Shown: piece after piece, positions 21,416-30,727 of the stretch
Layout of the letters: each line of letters starts with the position of its first letter
Position numbering within the stretch: the first letter of the stretch is position 1
IMG/VR virus record: IMGVR_UViG_3300009514_000026
Location: 1 to 61,112 of that record
Source of the DNA: a virus
Lineage: Duplodnaviria; Caudoviricetes
DNA: 61,112 bases
Strand: one strand, 5' to 3'
Made by a program: the position numbers and the translations under genes
The notes under the pieces: generated by a model
Told to the model about the DNA's origin: nothing
The model's database searches: none
The model's input: only the letters and a program-made list of their open reading frames with translations

Positions 21416-21688
21416 ATGCCAAAAGTAACAGATATAACAGTACTAAATATCGACGATGTACCATATGCCGTTGACTCATGTTCTGAAGAAGTTCAAGCAT
21501 TGGTCGAAATCTATAATGATTGGAATCGTAAAGAAGCTGATGTTCGTGACGAACTGACACGTTTTCAGGCTGCGAAAGAAACCCTTTCGCGTCAGATTAT
21601 TACCAAAGTTCGTGAAGGTGTAGCAGCCGATGAAGCGGCAACAGCCACTGCGGCAGAGGCAGAAGCCCCAGCAGAAGCCGCAGAGTAA
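21416..21688 (+). CDS. Hypothetical coiled-coil protein
   Basis: AGGAG SD; 90 aa. Confidence 0.6.
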   Translation: MPKVTDITVLNIDDVPYAVDSCSEEVQALVEIYNDWNRKEADVRDELTRFQAAKETLSRQIITKVREGVAADEAATATAAEAEAPAEAAE

Positions 21689-21708
21689 TATTTCTACAAT
21701 CGCAATGT

Positions 21709-21734
21709 AAAAACCCGCCGCCGGCGGGTTTTTT
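21709..21734 (+). terminator. Intrinsic terminator
   Basis: AAAAACCCGCC-GCC-GGCGGGTTTTTT. Confidence 0.8.
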
Positions 21735-21811
21735 GCTTTTGTGGCATAAATCATACCTTCATTGTCCAATGTGTATAAATACATTAAAATATCTAAATTT
21801 AGGGAAATTTT

Positions 21812-22900
21812 ATGTCTTTATTAAGCGATCTCATACAAGAAATGGATGCAGCAGCCGCCACAGGTGCTGGTAATGTCGCAGCAACTCCAGGTTCTTTATT
21901 TTCTGGCGGCGTTGTCGATCCAAAAAGAGCCAAATTGAAGCACCGAAAAATGCTACGACGTGTCATGAATATGAAAACCGAAGGAGCTATGGCACGATTG
22001 AAAGAAGGTCTTGGTGTAGACCTTGGAGGCACCGATTTTGATTCGGCAGATGTTATTTCCAGAATAGATGCTGCTGCTAAAAAAGCTGACAAAAATGAAG
22101 ATACGGTTGCGTTTGGTTTGGAAGACGAAGATGGGAACATGGTTAAAGTATATGTAAGAAATGACCAAGCAGAAGAATTTGAACGTCAATTGGCAGCAAT
22201 GTTGGCTGGTGAAGACGAAGACGATAATGAAGAAAATTCTGCTCTTGAAATCGCCGAAGTTTTATTCAAAATGAAAGATCAATTTGATATCGTGGATGTA
22301 GAATGGCCAGGTATTAAAGGTGACGAAGAAGAAGAACAAGAAGTTGGTGGTGCAGAATTAGGTGCAGAATTAGGTGCAGAAGCTGGTGCAGAAGCTGGTG
22401 CAGAAGCTGGTGCAGAATTAGGTGCAGAAGGCGGCGATTTAGAAGGTCTTGAAGGCGGAGATGAACTTGGTGGCGAAGAAGGAATGGCAGCAGATGAAAC
22501 GGGTGCGGAATCTGCATTACAACAAGTTATTGATATGATGAAGGCCGATGCTGAAGCCAAAAAAGCCGAAGCAGATGCAAGAACAGCCGAAGCAAAAGCA
22601 AAAGAAGCTGAATTTGCAGCACAAGCATCTGCGACTCGCGTTCGTAAAGAAGAACAAATCTTTGATATGGAAGCCGAAGAAAAGGCGAAATCTGAGGCAG
22701 AAAAAGAAGCGAAACAATTGGCAAAACTTGCTAGATATCAACACCAAAAAGCTCAAGACGCTGAAACCAGACTGTCTATGGAAGGCGAAGAAAAAAATGA
22801 CGATGGCCAGCCATGGAAAGTAAATGATAATGATGATGACGATGAACTGACATTGAAGGAATTATCACAATTAATAATCCGCAACCTGAGACACAACTAA
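21812..22900 (+). CDS. Acidic late protein (scaffold / internal-head-like)
   Basis: TATAAATA upstream; E/A-rich coiled coil; GAEL/GAEA repeats. Confidence 0.6.
   Translation: MSLLSDLIQEMDAAAATGAGNVAATPGSLFSGGVVDPKRAKLKHRKMLRRVMNMKTEGAMARLKEGLGVDLGGTDFDSADVISRIDAAAKKADKNEDTVAFGLEDEDGNMVKVYVRNDQAEEFERQLAAMLAGEDEDDNEENSALEIAEVLFKMKDQFDIVDVEWPGIKGDEEEEQEVGGAELGAELGAEAGAEAGAEAGAELGAEGGDLEGLEGGDELGGEEGMAADETGAESALQQVIDMMKADAEAKKAEADARTAEAKAKEAEFAAQASATRVRKEEQIFDMEAEEKAKSEAEKEAKQLAKLARYQHQKAQDAETRLSMEGEEKNDDGQPWKVNDNDDDDELTLKELSQLIIRNLRHN
22349..22429 (+). repeat. 12-nt coding tandem repeat, about 7 units
   Basis: GGTGCAGAA(TTA/GCT) repeated. Confidence 0.9.
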
Positions 22901-23181
22901 TGACAAAGCAAACATTTAAAGAATTCTTGATTGAGTTGATGGTTAGCGACGATCCCATGCAAGCAATGAAAGACGTAAAACAGGCTTCCCGTAATCCCGA
23001 TAGATATAAAAAACAACAAATGGCAAAAACTGTTGATACTCAACGAGAAATTCAACAGTCCGAAGATGATCCACTTAAGTCGGAGAAATTGCGCCTTGCA
23101 AAAATGCGACAACAAGTAGCGGCACAAGAAAACCGATTGGCACAAAAAGAAAAACGCGAAGTAAAACGTGTTGGTGTATAG
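22900..23181 (+). CDS. Hypothetical late protein
   Basis: MTKQTFKEFLIE N-terminus. Confidence 0.6.
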   Translation: MTKQTFKEFLIELMVSDDPMQAMKDVKQASRNPDRYKKQQMAKTVDTQREIQQSEDDPLKSEKLRLAKMRQQVAAQENRLAQKEKREVKRVGV

Positions 23182-23207
23182 TCAGGGGCAGAAAAGGGAA
23201 TGGCATA

Positions 23208-23561
23208 ATGAAAGTAGAAGAAGTATTATTTAATGATGAATGTGAACTTGAAGAAGTTTGGGTTGATGAAAATGATGAGGTGCTTTCAGAAGCAGCAGTC
23301 CGCCAGTGGAAAAAGTCAGGACAGAAAATGGTAAAAAAATATCGTTGTTTGGCGGGGCCAAAAAAGAACAGATTGGTAAACAAACCTGGCGATTGTGCAC
23401 AGCGAAAAGATCCTGCAAAGGTTCGCCACGGTCGTAAAGTTATGCGCACAAAGAAAGGAGTGATTAAGCGTAAATCACAAATTTCTAAAAGAAAGTCCAT
23501 TAGTAAAATTTTACAAAAATTAAACGCAAGACTTATGGGCAAAATCCCTAAATCTTCTTAA
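23208..23561 (+). CDS. Basic prohead-core-like protein
   Basis: Acidic N-terminus ending LSE followed by a very basic body. Confidence 0.5.
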   Translation: MKVEEVLFNDECELEEVWVDENDEVLSEAAVRQWKKSGQKMVKKYRCLAGPKKNRLVNKPGDCAQRKDPAKVRHGRKVMRTKKGVIKRKSQISKRKSISKILQKLNARLMGKIPKSS

Positions 23562-23566
23562 ATTAT

Positions 23567-23998
23567 ATGAAAAGAAAAATTCTTATAATGGGACTGCCCG
23601 GTTCAGGTAAGACTACTCTTTCAAAGGCTATTAGAGATCTTATGGGTAATATCATTACTTGGAACGCAGATGAAGTCCGTAGCACAATAAACAAACACCT
23701 TACTTTTTCGTTAGAAGACAGAATAAAACAAGCAGAAACAATGAAGTGGCTTTCAGATAAAGTAATAGCAAATAATCACTATTGTATTGTCGATTTTATA
23801 TGTCCCACCCCGGAAACCCGCGCCGCATTTGATTATAAAAATGCCTATGTTATTTGGGTTGATAGGATTGATACAGGTAGATTTGATGACACAAACCAAA
23901 TATTCGTTCCACCAAAATATTATGATGTCAGAGTTATAGATGATGGACGATCTGCTGAAATGTGGGCGGCAGATATTGTCGAACCGTTTTATGGTTGA
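23567..23998 (+). CDS. P-loop kinase, adenylylsulfate kinase (CysC)-like
   Basis: MGLPGSGKTT, NADEVR, DFICP. Confidence 0.7.
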   Translation: MKRKILIMGLPGSGKTTLSKAIRDLMGNIITWNADEVRSTINKHLTFSLEDRIKQAETMKWLSDKVIANNHYCIVDFICPTPETRAAFDYKNAYVIWVDRIDTGRFDDTNQIFVPPKYYDVRVIDDGRSAEMWAADIVEPFYG

Positions 23999-24687
23999 TA
24001 ATCTTCTATCTTTGAATAATAATCTTCAAAGATTTGTTTACATTTAAGAACAGATTCCCATGGTAATGACCACGATAACCCTTCCATATTAAAGTCTTCA
24101 ACTAATTGGAGCATTTCAGAAGTTGAAAAATATGCTTGCATTTCATCAAAGATAACATTTTCAAAATATCCTTCATCTAAAAGACGTTCAGCCAAAAGAT
24201 TGCGTTCGTTATCTGAAATATTCATGATAACCTTTTCCATTTTTTCTTTGTATTCTTCATTAAGATAATACAGACCATGCGCTATTTCATGTTTAAGAAC
24301 ATCTTTTCCTTCCAAATCATCATCATATGATGCAATTAAATAAAATTTAGAATCCTTTATTCCTATATCTGCTTTTGCTTTGTTTATAGTATTTTTTAGA
24401 ATAGCTTCTTTTGCTAACAATTTTTCATCAAAAATTTTAAAGAATTTATTAACTACATTCCCTGGAATATTAAAACCAGACCAATCAATAGTATAAGTAA
24501 AATTTTCTTTATGCTTGGCATACGTATCCATATAATCTTCAAGGTCAAAATATTTGTCTCTGATATTTTCATACGGGGATTCGTAAAATTCTTGAAGGCG
24601 TAACATTGTTGATGTTACTTCATATTGAGTTTTGAAGTGTAGGTGGATTAAACCCGGAAAAATTTCTTGTATTTTTATGTTAAGCAT
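23989..24687 (-). CDS. Hypothetical protein with HExxH motif
   Basis: LKHEIAHGLY. Confidence 0.6.
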   Translation of the reverse strand: MLNIKIQEIFPGLIHLHFKTQYEVTSTMLRLQEFYESPYENIRDKYFDLEDYMDTYAKHKENFTYTIDWSGFNIPGNVVNKFFKIFDEKLLAKEAILKNTINKAKADIGIKDSKFYLIASYDDDLEGKDVLKHEIAHGLYYLNEEYKEKMEKVIMNISDNERNLLAERLLDEGYFENVIFDEMQAYFSTSEMLQLVEDFNMEGLSWSLPWESVLKCKQIFEDYYSKIEDYQP

Positions 24688-24706
24688 ATTTATCTTTATT
24701 ATTGTA

Positions 24707-24940
24707 ATAATTAACCGATAGCCAGGATTCTGTCGAGGGCAACCATTCGTCTATTGGCCACAACCCGTTCTCATAAAATGACACTTATCTTGAACTGTTT
24801 GTGTTGCACGCCCCCGAAGGTATCAGTAGTATAACGCGCTTTGTATGGTCATCATTAGTCAGACTGTACTAGCATTTCTCCTACAGGTGTCAGGCGTGTC
24901 CTGAGCTTCCTCACCGTAGTGCGGTTGCCTAGTTAATTAC
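24707..24940 (-). ncRNA. rnpB: Compact RNase P RNA
   Basis: P1 GUAAUUAAC/GUUAAUUAU; P2 GGCAACC/GGUUGCC; GAGGAAGCUCAGGA and ACAGAAUCCUGGCUAU forming P4 with a bulged U; AGACGAAUG element. Confidence 0.85.
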
Positions 24941-25122
24941 CAACCTTCACGCAGTTTGATTGCTGCAATCAATACTTCATTAAGCATTTTTTGCGTCCAA
25001 TGTGTTTTGCGATGTTTATTTAAACGAACCAATTCTTGTTCATCGTTTAAAAGTTTAAATAATGTTTTTGTCTCACAACTATCATGATAGCTTCCAACAA
25101 GACATTCTTGATCTTTTGTCAT
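24937..25122 (-). CDS. Hypothetical protein
   Basis: 61-aa ORF. Confidence 0.4.
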   Translation of the reverse strand: MTKDQECLVGSYHDSCETKTLFKLLNDEQELVRLNKHRKTHWTQKMLNEVLIAAIKLREGW

Positions 25123-25188
25123 CTTTTTATCTATTCAACCTCGTGACTGATTTTGTGTCTGTTTGTATATATTTTCGTTTCTGTGTTT

Positions 25189-25264
25189 TGGTTGCAGGGG
25201 CGGGACTTGAACCCGCGACCTTGGGATTATGAACCCCACGAGATACCAACTTCTCCACCCTGCT
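25189..25264 (-). tRNA. tRNA-Met(CAT), initiator-like
   Basis: Cloverleaf, 1:72 mismatch, G-rich anticodon stem, CCA. Confidence 0.85.
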
Positions 25265-25272
25265 ATTGAATT

Positions 25273-25348
25273 TGGAAGCGAGGGACGGATTCGAACCGCC
25301 GTCCACACAGGTTATGAGCCTGGTAATCTGCCACTGATATACCTCGCA
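25273..25348 (-). tRNA. tRNA-Met(CAT)
   Basis: Cloverleaf, loop CT-CAT-AA, CCA. Confidence 0.85.
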
Positions 25349-25359
25349 TTAATTTCCAA

Positions 25360-26121
25360 TTACTTCTTTTCGGAAGTAATATCTGGCGCAGTCCCATTAA
25401 TATCTGGTACAACATCACCAACATTGCCGACTTCTGATAATGCATCCAAATTTGCAGAAACGTAAGCCGATTTTGCAAACAATGCATCTTTTTTAGATGC
25501 ACTACGTAATGTGGTTGTATACGCTGTCGCTACATTGGTAGCATGATATACACCATGTCCACTATTGGCAAATGATACTGTTGAATCTTTGTCAAATCCA
25601 TAATTTTGACCAACACTAATTGCATTTTGTCCTGCTGCCAAGAACATAAATTCCCAACCAGCTTCTTTTCGTTCGTTGATTAAATTAAAGATTTTATCGC
25701 GCGTCCATTCCTTAGATGAATTTTCATCACCATCAGTCATCACCACAACGATTGTTTTACCATCTTTCGATGTGTATTTTTCAGCATCAGAAATTACTGT
25801 GCCAATTGCATCAAGTAACGATGTCATGCCCCGTGGTTTAAGAATATATGGCGCAGCTTCGTTTATTTTTACTTGATCACATACAACATCAACATAATTG
25901 TCAAACTCAACAATTGTTAGGTTAGCTTGACCGACCTTGCGCTGTTCTTCAATGAAGGCGTTAATCCCACCCTCTGCTTCTACTTGCATAGAACCCATCG
26001 AACCTGAACGATCAACGATACAAACAATTTCGTCCGTTCCATTAGATACAACCCCGGCATCATTAAGTTTATTTTTGACTTTATCTTTCAAAAGTTCATC
26101 TAGTACTTTATCATCTGACAC
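25360..26121 (-). CDS. von Willebrand factor A domain protein
   Basis: MIDAS DRSGSM, T-x-LLDA, MTDG. Confidence 0.85.
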   Translation of the reverse strand: MSDDKVLDELLKDKVKNKLNDAGVVSNGTDEIVCIVDRSGSMGSMQVEAEGGINAFIEEQRKVGQANLTIVEFDNYVDVVCDQVKINEAAPYILKPRGMTSLLDAIGTVISDAEKYTSKDGKTIVVVMTDGDENSSKEWTRDKIFNLINERKEAGWEFMFLAAGQNAISVGQNYGFDKDSTVSFANSGHGVYHATNVATAYTTTLRSASKKDALFAKSAYVSANLDALSEVGNVGDVVPDINGTAPDITSEKK

Positions 26122-26189
26122 TATTATTCTCCTCTTATCAATATTAATATATTACCATACTAATATATGTATTGTCAATAAAAGAAAAA

Positions 26190-26354
26190 TTACCAGTGAT
26201 GAATAGTATTTGCTACAATAAAGAAACAGGTTACAAACATTATAATAGCGTAGATTGTCCTTATCACGCACGCCCAGTCTGATTCTTTGTCACATTCAGA
26301 TACGCGTGTTCCAAGGGTCTTACACCATATTGTCCACTTACGATTTGTCTTCAT
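26190..26354 (-). CDS. Small membrane protein (not in the ORF track)
   Basis: MKTNRKWTIWCKTLG...VIRTIYAIIMFVTCFFIVANTIHHW, resembling a small protein family of T4-like phages. Confidence 0.6.
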   Translation of the reverse strand: MKTNRKWTIWCKTLGTRVSECDKESDWACVIRTIYAIIMFVTCFFIVANTIHHW

Positions 26355-26574
26355 CTGTACTTCTTGGACAGTCTAATTCACATTCGTCAATCATCAAACC
26401 AAGCATTTCTTTAAGAAATTCCTTGCTCATTAGTTCATTTGAACACATAAGTTTACCGTCTTTTTTGTAAAAATAAAACTGACCAAATCCAGAACCCTGT
26501 TTTGACCAATTATATCCACCTGCCCCATCTGGTTCACAATAGGTTTCACAACTATCAAAAAATCTTGTAGACAC
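26338..26574 (-). CDS. Hypothetical protein
   Basis: GTG start after AAGGG SD; GFGQFYFY...NELMSKEF. Confidence 0.55.
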   Translation of the reverse strand: MSTRFFDSCETYCEPDGAGGYNWSKQGSGFGQFYFYKKDGKLMCSNELMSKEFLKEMLGLMIDECELDCPRSTDEDKS

Positions 26575-26594
26575 ATTTGTTTCCCTTATTGAAT

Positions 26595-26671
26595 TGGTGG
26601 GCCGCCTTGGATTTGAACCAAGATAAAACGAATTATGAGTTCGCGGCATTCGCCAATTATGCTAACGGCCC
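26595..26671 (-). tRNA. tRNA(CAT), probably Ile2
   Basis: Cloverleaf, GGGCC acceptor, A73, CCA. Confidence 0.8.
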
Positions 26672-26762
26672 ATAGTTTATAAATATAAGATTATCTTATA
26701 TAAAAGGAAAAGTCAATTACTTAAATTCTCGTTCAAAGAAACTAAAGACTTAACCTAATATT

Positions 26763-26838
26763 TGGCACCCTTGGCAGGATTTGAACCTGCATTGTTAGGC
26801 TTAGAAGGCCGACCGTTATCCAGTTGACTTACAAGGGC
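26763..26838 (-). tRNA. tRNA-Arg(TCT)
   Basis: Loop CT-TCT-AA, CCA. Confidence 0.85.
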
Positions 26839-26844
26839 ATTGTT

Positions 26845-26920
26845 TGGCACCCCAGATAGGATTCGAACCTACATAATAACGGCTTAGAAGACCGTTGCCT
26901 TTCCATTAGACTACTGGGGC
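26845..26920 (-). tRNA. tRNA-Arg(TCT)
   Basis: Loop CT-TCT-AA, CCA. Confidence 0.85.
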
Positions 26921-26937
26921 ATTATTTAATTATAACA

Positions 26938-27294
26938 CTATTCTACTACTGGTGCAACTGGTTTAGTGCAACGCTTAGTCCACTTTTCAAGCTTCATTTT
27001 ATAATATTCAGATTTTGGATCTTCTTTTACTTTTTTCGTATAGCGTTCTATTTTATTTTTGCAAGTAGACTTTTCTTCTTCCTCTAAGATCGATTGTGTT
27101 TGAACTTCTTGAACGTTTTTCCACCAATCTTTAACCCATTTTCCAGCATCTTTTTGCTGTTGCATCTGTTCTTGCCGTTGCTGATTTTGATTCGTCTGTT
27201 CTTTAGTATGCACAGCAGATAGTTCTTGTTTCTGTGCATTTACTAAAACAGGAATTGTAAACATTAACAGAAATATAATTATCATTCTTCCCAT
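26938..27294 (-). CDS. Hypothetical secreted protein
   Basis: N-terminal signal peptide. Confidence 0.55.
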   Translation of the reverse strand: MGRMIIIFLLMFTIPVLVNAQKQELSAVHTKEQTNQNQQRQEQMQQQKDAGKWVKDWWKNVQEVQTQSILEEEEKSTCKNKIERYTKKVKEDPKSEYYKMKLEKWTKRCTKPVAPVVE

Positions 27295-27644
27295 TTTTCT
27301 TTTGCCTCTTCAAGTTGATCTTTCAATAATTCCAACTGTCTTTCTAAATATATAGGAACTGTTTGTCCCTTGCGCTTGTAAACAGCAATTTCGTCCTGAA
27401 CACCTATGATACGAAATTGGATATCATCGACCAAAAACCCACCAAGCGACCTTTCGGTTTTTTTAAGTTCCGTGGTTACTTGTAGCGCAGATTGTGTTAC
27501 TGAACCTTTGACTAACGTATCAACTTTATTCCAATAATAATCAGATAGTTGCGTTGCTGATACAGCAAGACCAGCAATTGATGCAAGTGCACCAATAAGT
27601 TTCCATACCCATGATGGGGTGTTTTTAAGTGATTCTATTGGCAT
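27282..27644 (-). CDS. Hypothetical membrane-anchored late protein
   Basis: GGAGG SD, TAAATA upstream, N-terminal TM segment plus coiled coil. Confidence 0.6.
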   Translation of the reverse strand: MPIESLKNTPSWVWKLIGALASIAGLAVSATQLSDYYWNKVDTLVKGSVTQSALQVTTELKKTERSLGGFLVDDIQFRIIGVQDEIAVYKRKGQTVPIYLERQLELLKDQLEEAKEKWEE

Positions 27645-27693
27645 ATAATACCTCCATGTAATATATTTTGTATTTATGGGGGTAGCTAGTATT

Positions 27694-27776
27694 TGGAACA
27701 GGCGGTGGACTCGAACCCATAATGTCTAAGACGGGAAGGTGGAAGCCTCCTGTGATACCATTCCCCTTACGCCTGC
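27694..27776 (-). tRNA. tRNA-Gly(TCC) with long variable arm and degenerate T-stem
   Basis: GCAGGCG acceptor, U73-CCA, loop CT-TCC-AC, GTC-TTA-GAC extra arm. Confidence 0.6.
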
Positions 27777-27777
27777 A

Positions 27778-28386
27778 TTAATTATGTAATTCTTTTTCTA
27801 GCGCTTTTATGGTTTTGACATGTTGCTTAACAACCTTCCAAATTTCAAAATCCTTTGAATTTTTTGGTGCGTGCTTGTTGAATGTCAAATAGAATTCATT
27901 GGTTGTATTATTCAGAAGTTTCCTGGTTATTTTACCATGTTGCTTTTTTGTCCCATGAATATATCCACCAAATTCATAGACCAGTTCTTGCATTTTTATT
28001 CGTGGTATTAAAAGGAAGTGGTTCATGACTTTTATATTATCATACAAAAGTACCAAGTATTGTTCTATGTGTGCATCGAATCTAATCTGGCGCAAGCCCC
28101 ATTTTCCGCTTTTGTGTCCAAGCGAAGTCTTAATTTCAATACCAGTGTTGTGAATGTTCGCATCACCATATGACAAATTTTTAGCATTATGAAGATTGAA
28201 TTTCTGCTTAACCACGCTTTCTAAGACTGCACCATATGTTGATGGTGTAAGATAGTTTCGACAAAGAACACATGAATCTAATATATTATATGCGCCGCCT
28301 TTTACGTCTTTTGCTATAGTTTTTGCTAATTCATCTCTGGTTCTGCTTTCATTTGCTATTTTTCTTATTTCGTCCTTAGAGAACAT
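27778..28386 (-). CDS. Putative PD-(D/E)xK nuclease
   Basis: E...GDA...IEIKTS, LRQIR pattern. Confidence 0.5.
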   Translation of the reverse strand: MFSKDEIRKIANESRTRDELAKTIAKDVKGGAYNILDSCVLCRNYLTPSTYGAVLESVVKQKFNLHNAKNLSYGDANIHNTGIEIKTSLGHKSGKWGLRQIRFDAHIEQYLVLLYDNIKVMNHFLLIPRIKMQELVYEFGGYIHGTKKQHGKITRKLLNNTTNEFYLTFNKHAPKNSKDFEIWKVVKQHVKTIKALEKELHN

Positions 28387-28462
28387 CCAGCATATCCTGA
28401 CTTTATTATAGTTATTATCTATTAAAATATATCATAAGAGAGAATATGCGTCAAGGTTATTT

Positions 28463-28554
28463 TGGTACTCGGGATGGGATTCGAACCCATACCACCGGAT
28501 TATCTGTCCGTTGCAGCTTATAAGACTGCCGTGCTGCCATTACACCACCCGAGC
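28463..28554 (-). tRNA. tRNA with TAT (Ile) anticodon and long variable arm
   Basis: Loop CT-TAT-AA; CGGA/TCCG variable stem; A73-CCA. Confidence 0.8.
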
Positions 28555-28614
28555 ATTTAAATCTAAATATTTTTCAACTACCTTCTGTCTTTATTTGTGA
28601 AGGTTCGATTAATT

Positions 28615-28691
28615 TGGTGGTCACAGCAGGGATCGAACCTGCATGTTCATCCTTATGAGGGATGCGGTATTTCCACTTCACCCATGTGACC
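28615..28691 (-). tRNA. tRNA(CAT), Met or Ile2
   Basis: Cloverleaf, CCA. Confidence 0.8.
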
Positions 28692-28763
28692 AAAACCGTC
28701 CCATAACGCTAATCTGGCAGGATTTTCACTACAGGACATTGTTTCGACAGCTGCCACTGTCTA

Positions 28764-28832
28764 ATTGTGATGGGACTTGAACCCATACTACCGGCTGCGT
28801 CAGCCGGCGTGCTACCATTACACTATCACAAT
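28764..28832 (-). ncRNA. tRNA-like RNA with non-canonical anticodon loop
   Basis: Good D and T arms; loop TGACGCA without U33; 11-bp acceptor+T helix; no CCA. Confidence 0.55.
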
Positions 28833-28836
28833 GTTT

Positions 28837-28911
28837 TGCAGGCCCGGAGGGATTCGAACCCCCAACCAAAAGTTTTGGAGACTCCTATGCTACCAATTAC
28901 ACCACGGGCCT
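28837..28911 (-). tRNA. tRNA-Trp(CCA)
   Basis: Loop CT-CCA-AA, G73, full CCA not encoded. Confidence 0.85.
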
Positions 28912-28917
28912 ATTTGT

Positions 28918-30057
28918 TTAAAACAATAACGAATAATCAGTAAATGATACTGGTACAACCTTAACCATAACTGTGAACTTTTCAGTTTTGTAAACTTCTT
29001 TTCCGTTTGATTCGAAAACCAAGTCTAATTCCCTGATAAAAAATTCTTCGCTGTTTTCATCATTACTACTACTATCGTGCCCAACAATTTCAGCAACTTC
29101 ACGCGAAGGCGGCACTTTATTACTACGCGAATCCGACTTCAACTTAATGTAAACATAGTCGTATCGTTCTGGTTTGACAATAAATGGAGATTCAAGTAAT
29201 TCACGCCGCACATCAGTAGCAGTTTCAACAACTTTTAAGATTTCTAATTTTGGTTTCGCTTCTTCGCGTACATCAATATTCAAATCTTGAATAATTTCTT
29301 CAACGCTGTTATCAAAGCGCAAATATTCTTCGACAATGGATTGAAGCATATCAAAACTGAAGATTCTTGAACGTCGCGATAAGTCAATAATATCTAACAT
29401 GGCTTCTTCATCAATACCATAATCATCACAATAATCTCTAATGCTTTTTTCATCTAACTTATGATAACGAAAGTGGTAATAAGCACGACTTGGACGATTT
29501 AAAATAAACTCATTAATGTCCAATTCGCGATTTTCAGTAATAATGATAAGACGTTTTGTTTTATCGACACCATCCATTAAAGAAAGAAGCGATTGTTGTG
29601 AAGCGCGTTCTTCTTCATAGTTATCTGTTGTATACATTTTACCAAATTCATCAAAGACTAAACAACATTCGCCAATGTTTTCAAGGAATGAAGTAAACTG
29701 CGTTCCAGTGAACGCTTCTTTAACTAAGATTACAGGTAAGTTCAATGCATCAATTGCTTTATTTGCAAGCAAAGACATTAGTAAAGTTTTTCCTGTTCCT
29801 TTATCACCAGTCAATAGAATACCAGTAGATGCAGGACGTTCCGTATACACTTTCAAACATTTATCAACCCGCGCCTTAACAGTGCCATAGATCTTGCTTG
29901 GAAGTTCCAATTTATCTTTGGTAATTTCCAAGTAAAATCCCCTGAGTTGATGAAAACGAATAGTGTATATTTTTGCAGGCAGCTCATCCAACGCAGTTTC
30001 TTCGTTTAATTTAAAAACGTCAACCGTTGAACCGTCTATCATATATTTTATTTTCAT
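28918..30057 (-). CDS. AAA+ ATPase
   Basis: GDKGTGKT, VFDEFGK, LLSLMDG, NRPSR. Confidence 0.85.
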   Translation of the reverse strand: MKIKYMIDGSTVDVFKLNEETALDELPAKIYTIRFHQLRGFYLEITKDKLELPSKIYGTVKARVDKCLKVYTERPASTGILLTGDKGTGKTLLMSLLANKAIDALNLPVILVKEAFTGTQFTSFLENIGECCLVFDEFGKMYTTDNYEEERASQQSLLSLMDGVDKTKRLIIITENRELDINEFILNRPSRAYYHFRYHKLDEKSIRDYCDDYGIDEEAMLDIIDLSRRSRIFSFDMLQSIVEEYLRFDNSVEEIIQDLNIDVREEAKPKLEILKVVETATDVRRELLESPFIVKPERYDYVYIKLKSDSRSNKVPPSREVAEIVGHDSSSNDENSEEFFIRELDLVFESNGKEVYKTEKFTVMVKVVPVSFTDYSLLF

Positions 30058-30059
30058 AA

Positions 30060-30488
30060 TTAGTACCAAGTTCTTCCAACTGTTAAATGTAGTTTCCAAT
30101 TAGATGGAAAGCCAAATTCTTCACGAATTTGTATCAGTAGTGGGCAATCAACTTCCACGAACCAATAATGGTCTGGACGATCACCACCTGTAGTGTCACC
30201 ACTTTGACGAACATGATGTTTGTATCTAAACTTAATTTTTTGTCCATCGTACTTTTTCCAAAGATGCATTTTATCTTTGAGTGGTCGTTCACCACGGATG
30301 ATTGAAATATGCGCATCCCAAGAAGGTTGACACAAATCAATCCATTTTTCTTTTTTCACCCACCAACGATAGTAGCGCGTGATTTCTTTATCAACTTTTA
30401 CGATAGCCCACCAATCTGTTTTATGTTTCATGCCAGGACGTGGTGGATCGTATTTTATAATTCCAGTACTTTCGTGCCACATCTTCAA
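30060..30488 (-). CDS. 2H phosphoesterase
   Basis: AHISII and LHLTVG motifs. Confidence 0.75.
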   Translation of the reverse strand: MKMWHESTGIIKYDPPRPGMKHKTDWWAIVKVDKEITRYYRWWVKKEKWIDLCQPSWDAHISIIRGERPLKDKMHLWKKYDGQKIKFRYKHHVRQSGDTTGGDRPDHYWFVEVDCPLLIQIREEFGFPSNWKLHLTVGRTWY

Positions 30489-30716
30489 TCACCATGGTGT
30501 TGTCTCGTCATAAAAATTTGCTAAGTCCTGCCAACTATCGTCGTCGTATGCAGCATCTTCACATTCATCCCTTAGTTTACGGGTGCAATGTTTTTTGTCA
30601 AGGTTGTCATACATCCAGACAATATATTGTCCGTCAATCCCAGCGACTTCGTTTGGTGTTTTGCCCTCATGTTTACCAAAGGTTAAAGGCGTATCGTCTA
30701 ATAGTTTTTTCATCAC
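30489..30716 (-). CDS. Hypothetical protein with FGKHxG motif
   Basis: LTFGKHEGK...YIVW. Confidence 0.6.
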   Translation of the reverse strand: MMKKLLDDTPLTFGKHEGKTPNEVAGIDGQYIVWMYDNLDKKHCTRKLRDECEDAAYDDDSWQDLANFYDETTPW

Positions 30717-30727
30717 TATTTCCTAAT

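Noticed and set aside
22349-22429. CRISPR-like repeat
   Set aside because: In-frame 12-nt tandem repeat without spacers; no CRISPR array seen in the window.
26763-26920. Possible amber suppressor tRNAs (CTA seen in the loop) and stop-codon recoding
   Set aside because: Stem registers centre TCT (Arg); long genes are intact in the standard code and some end in TAG.
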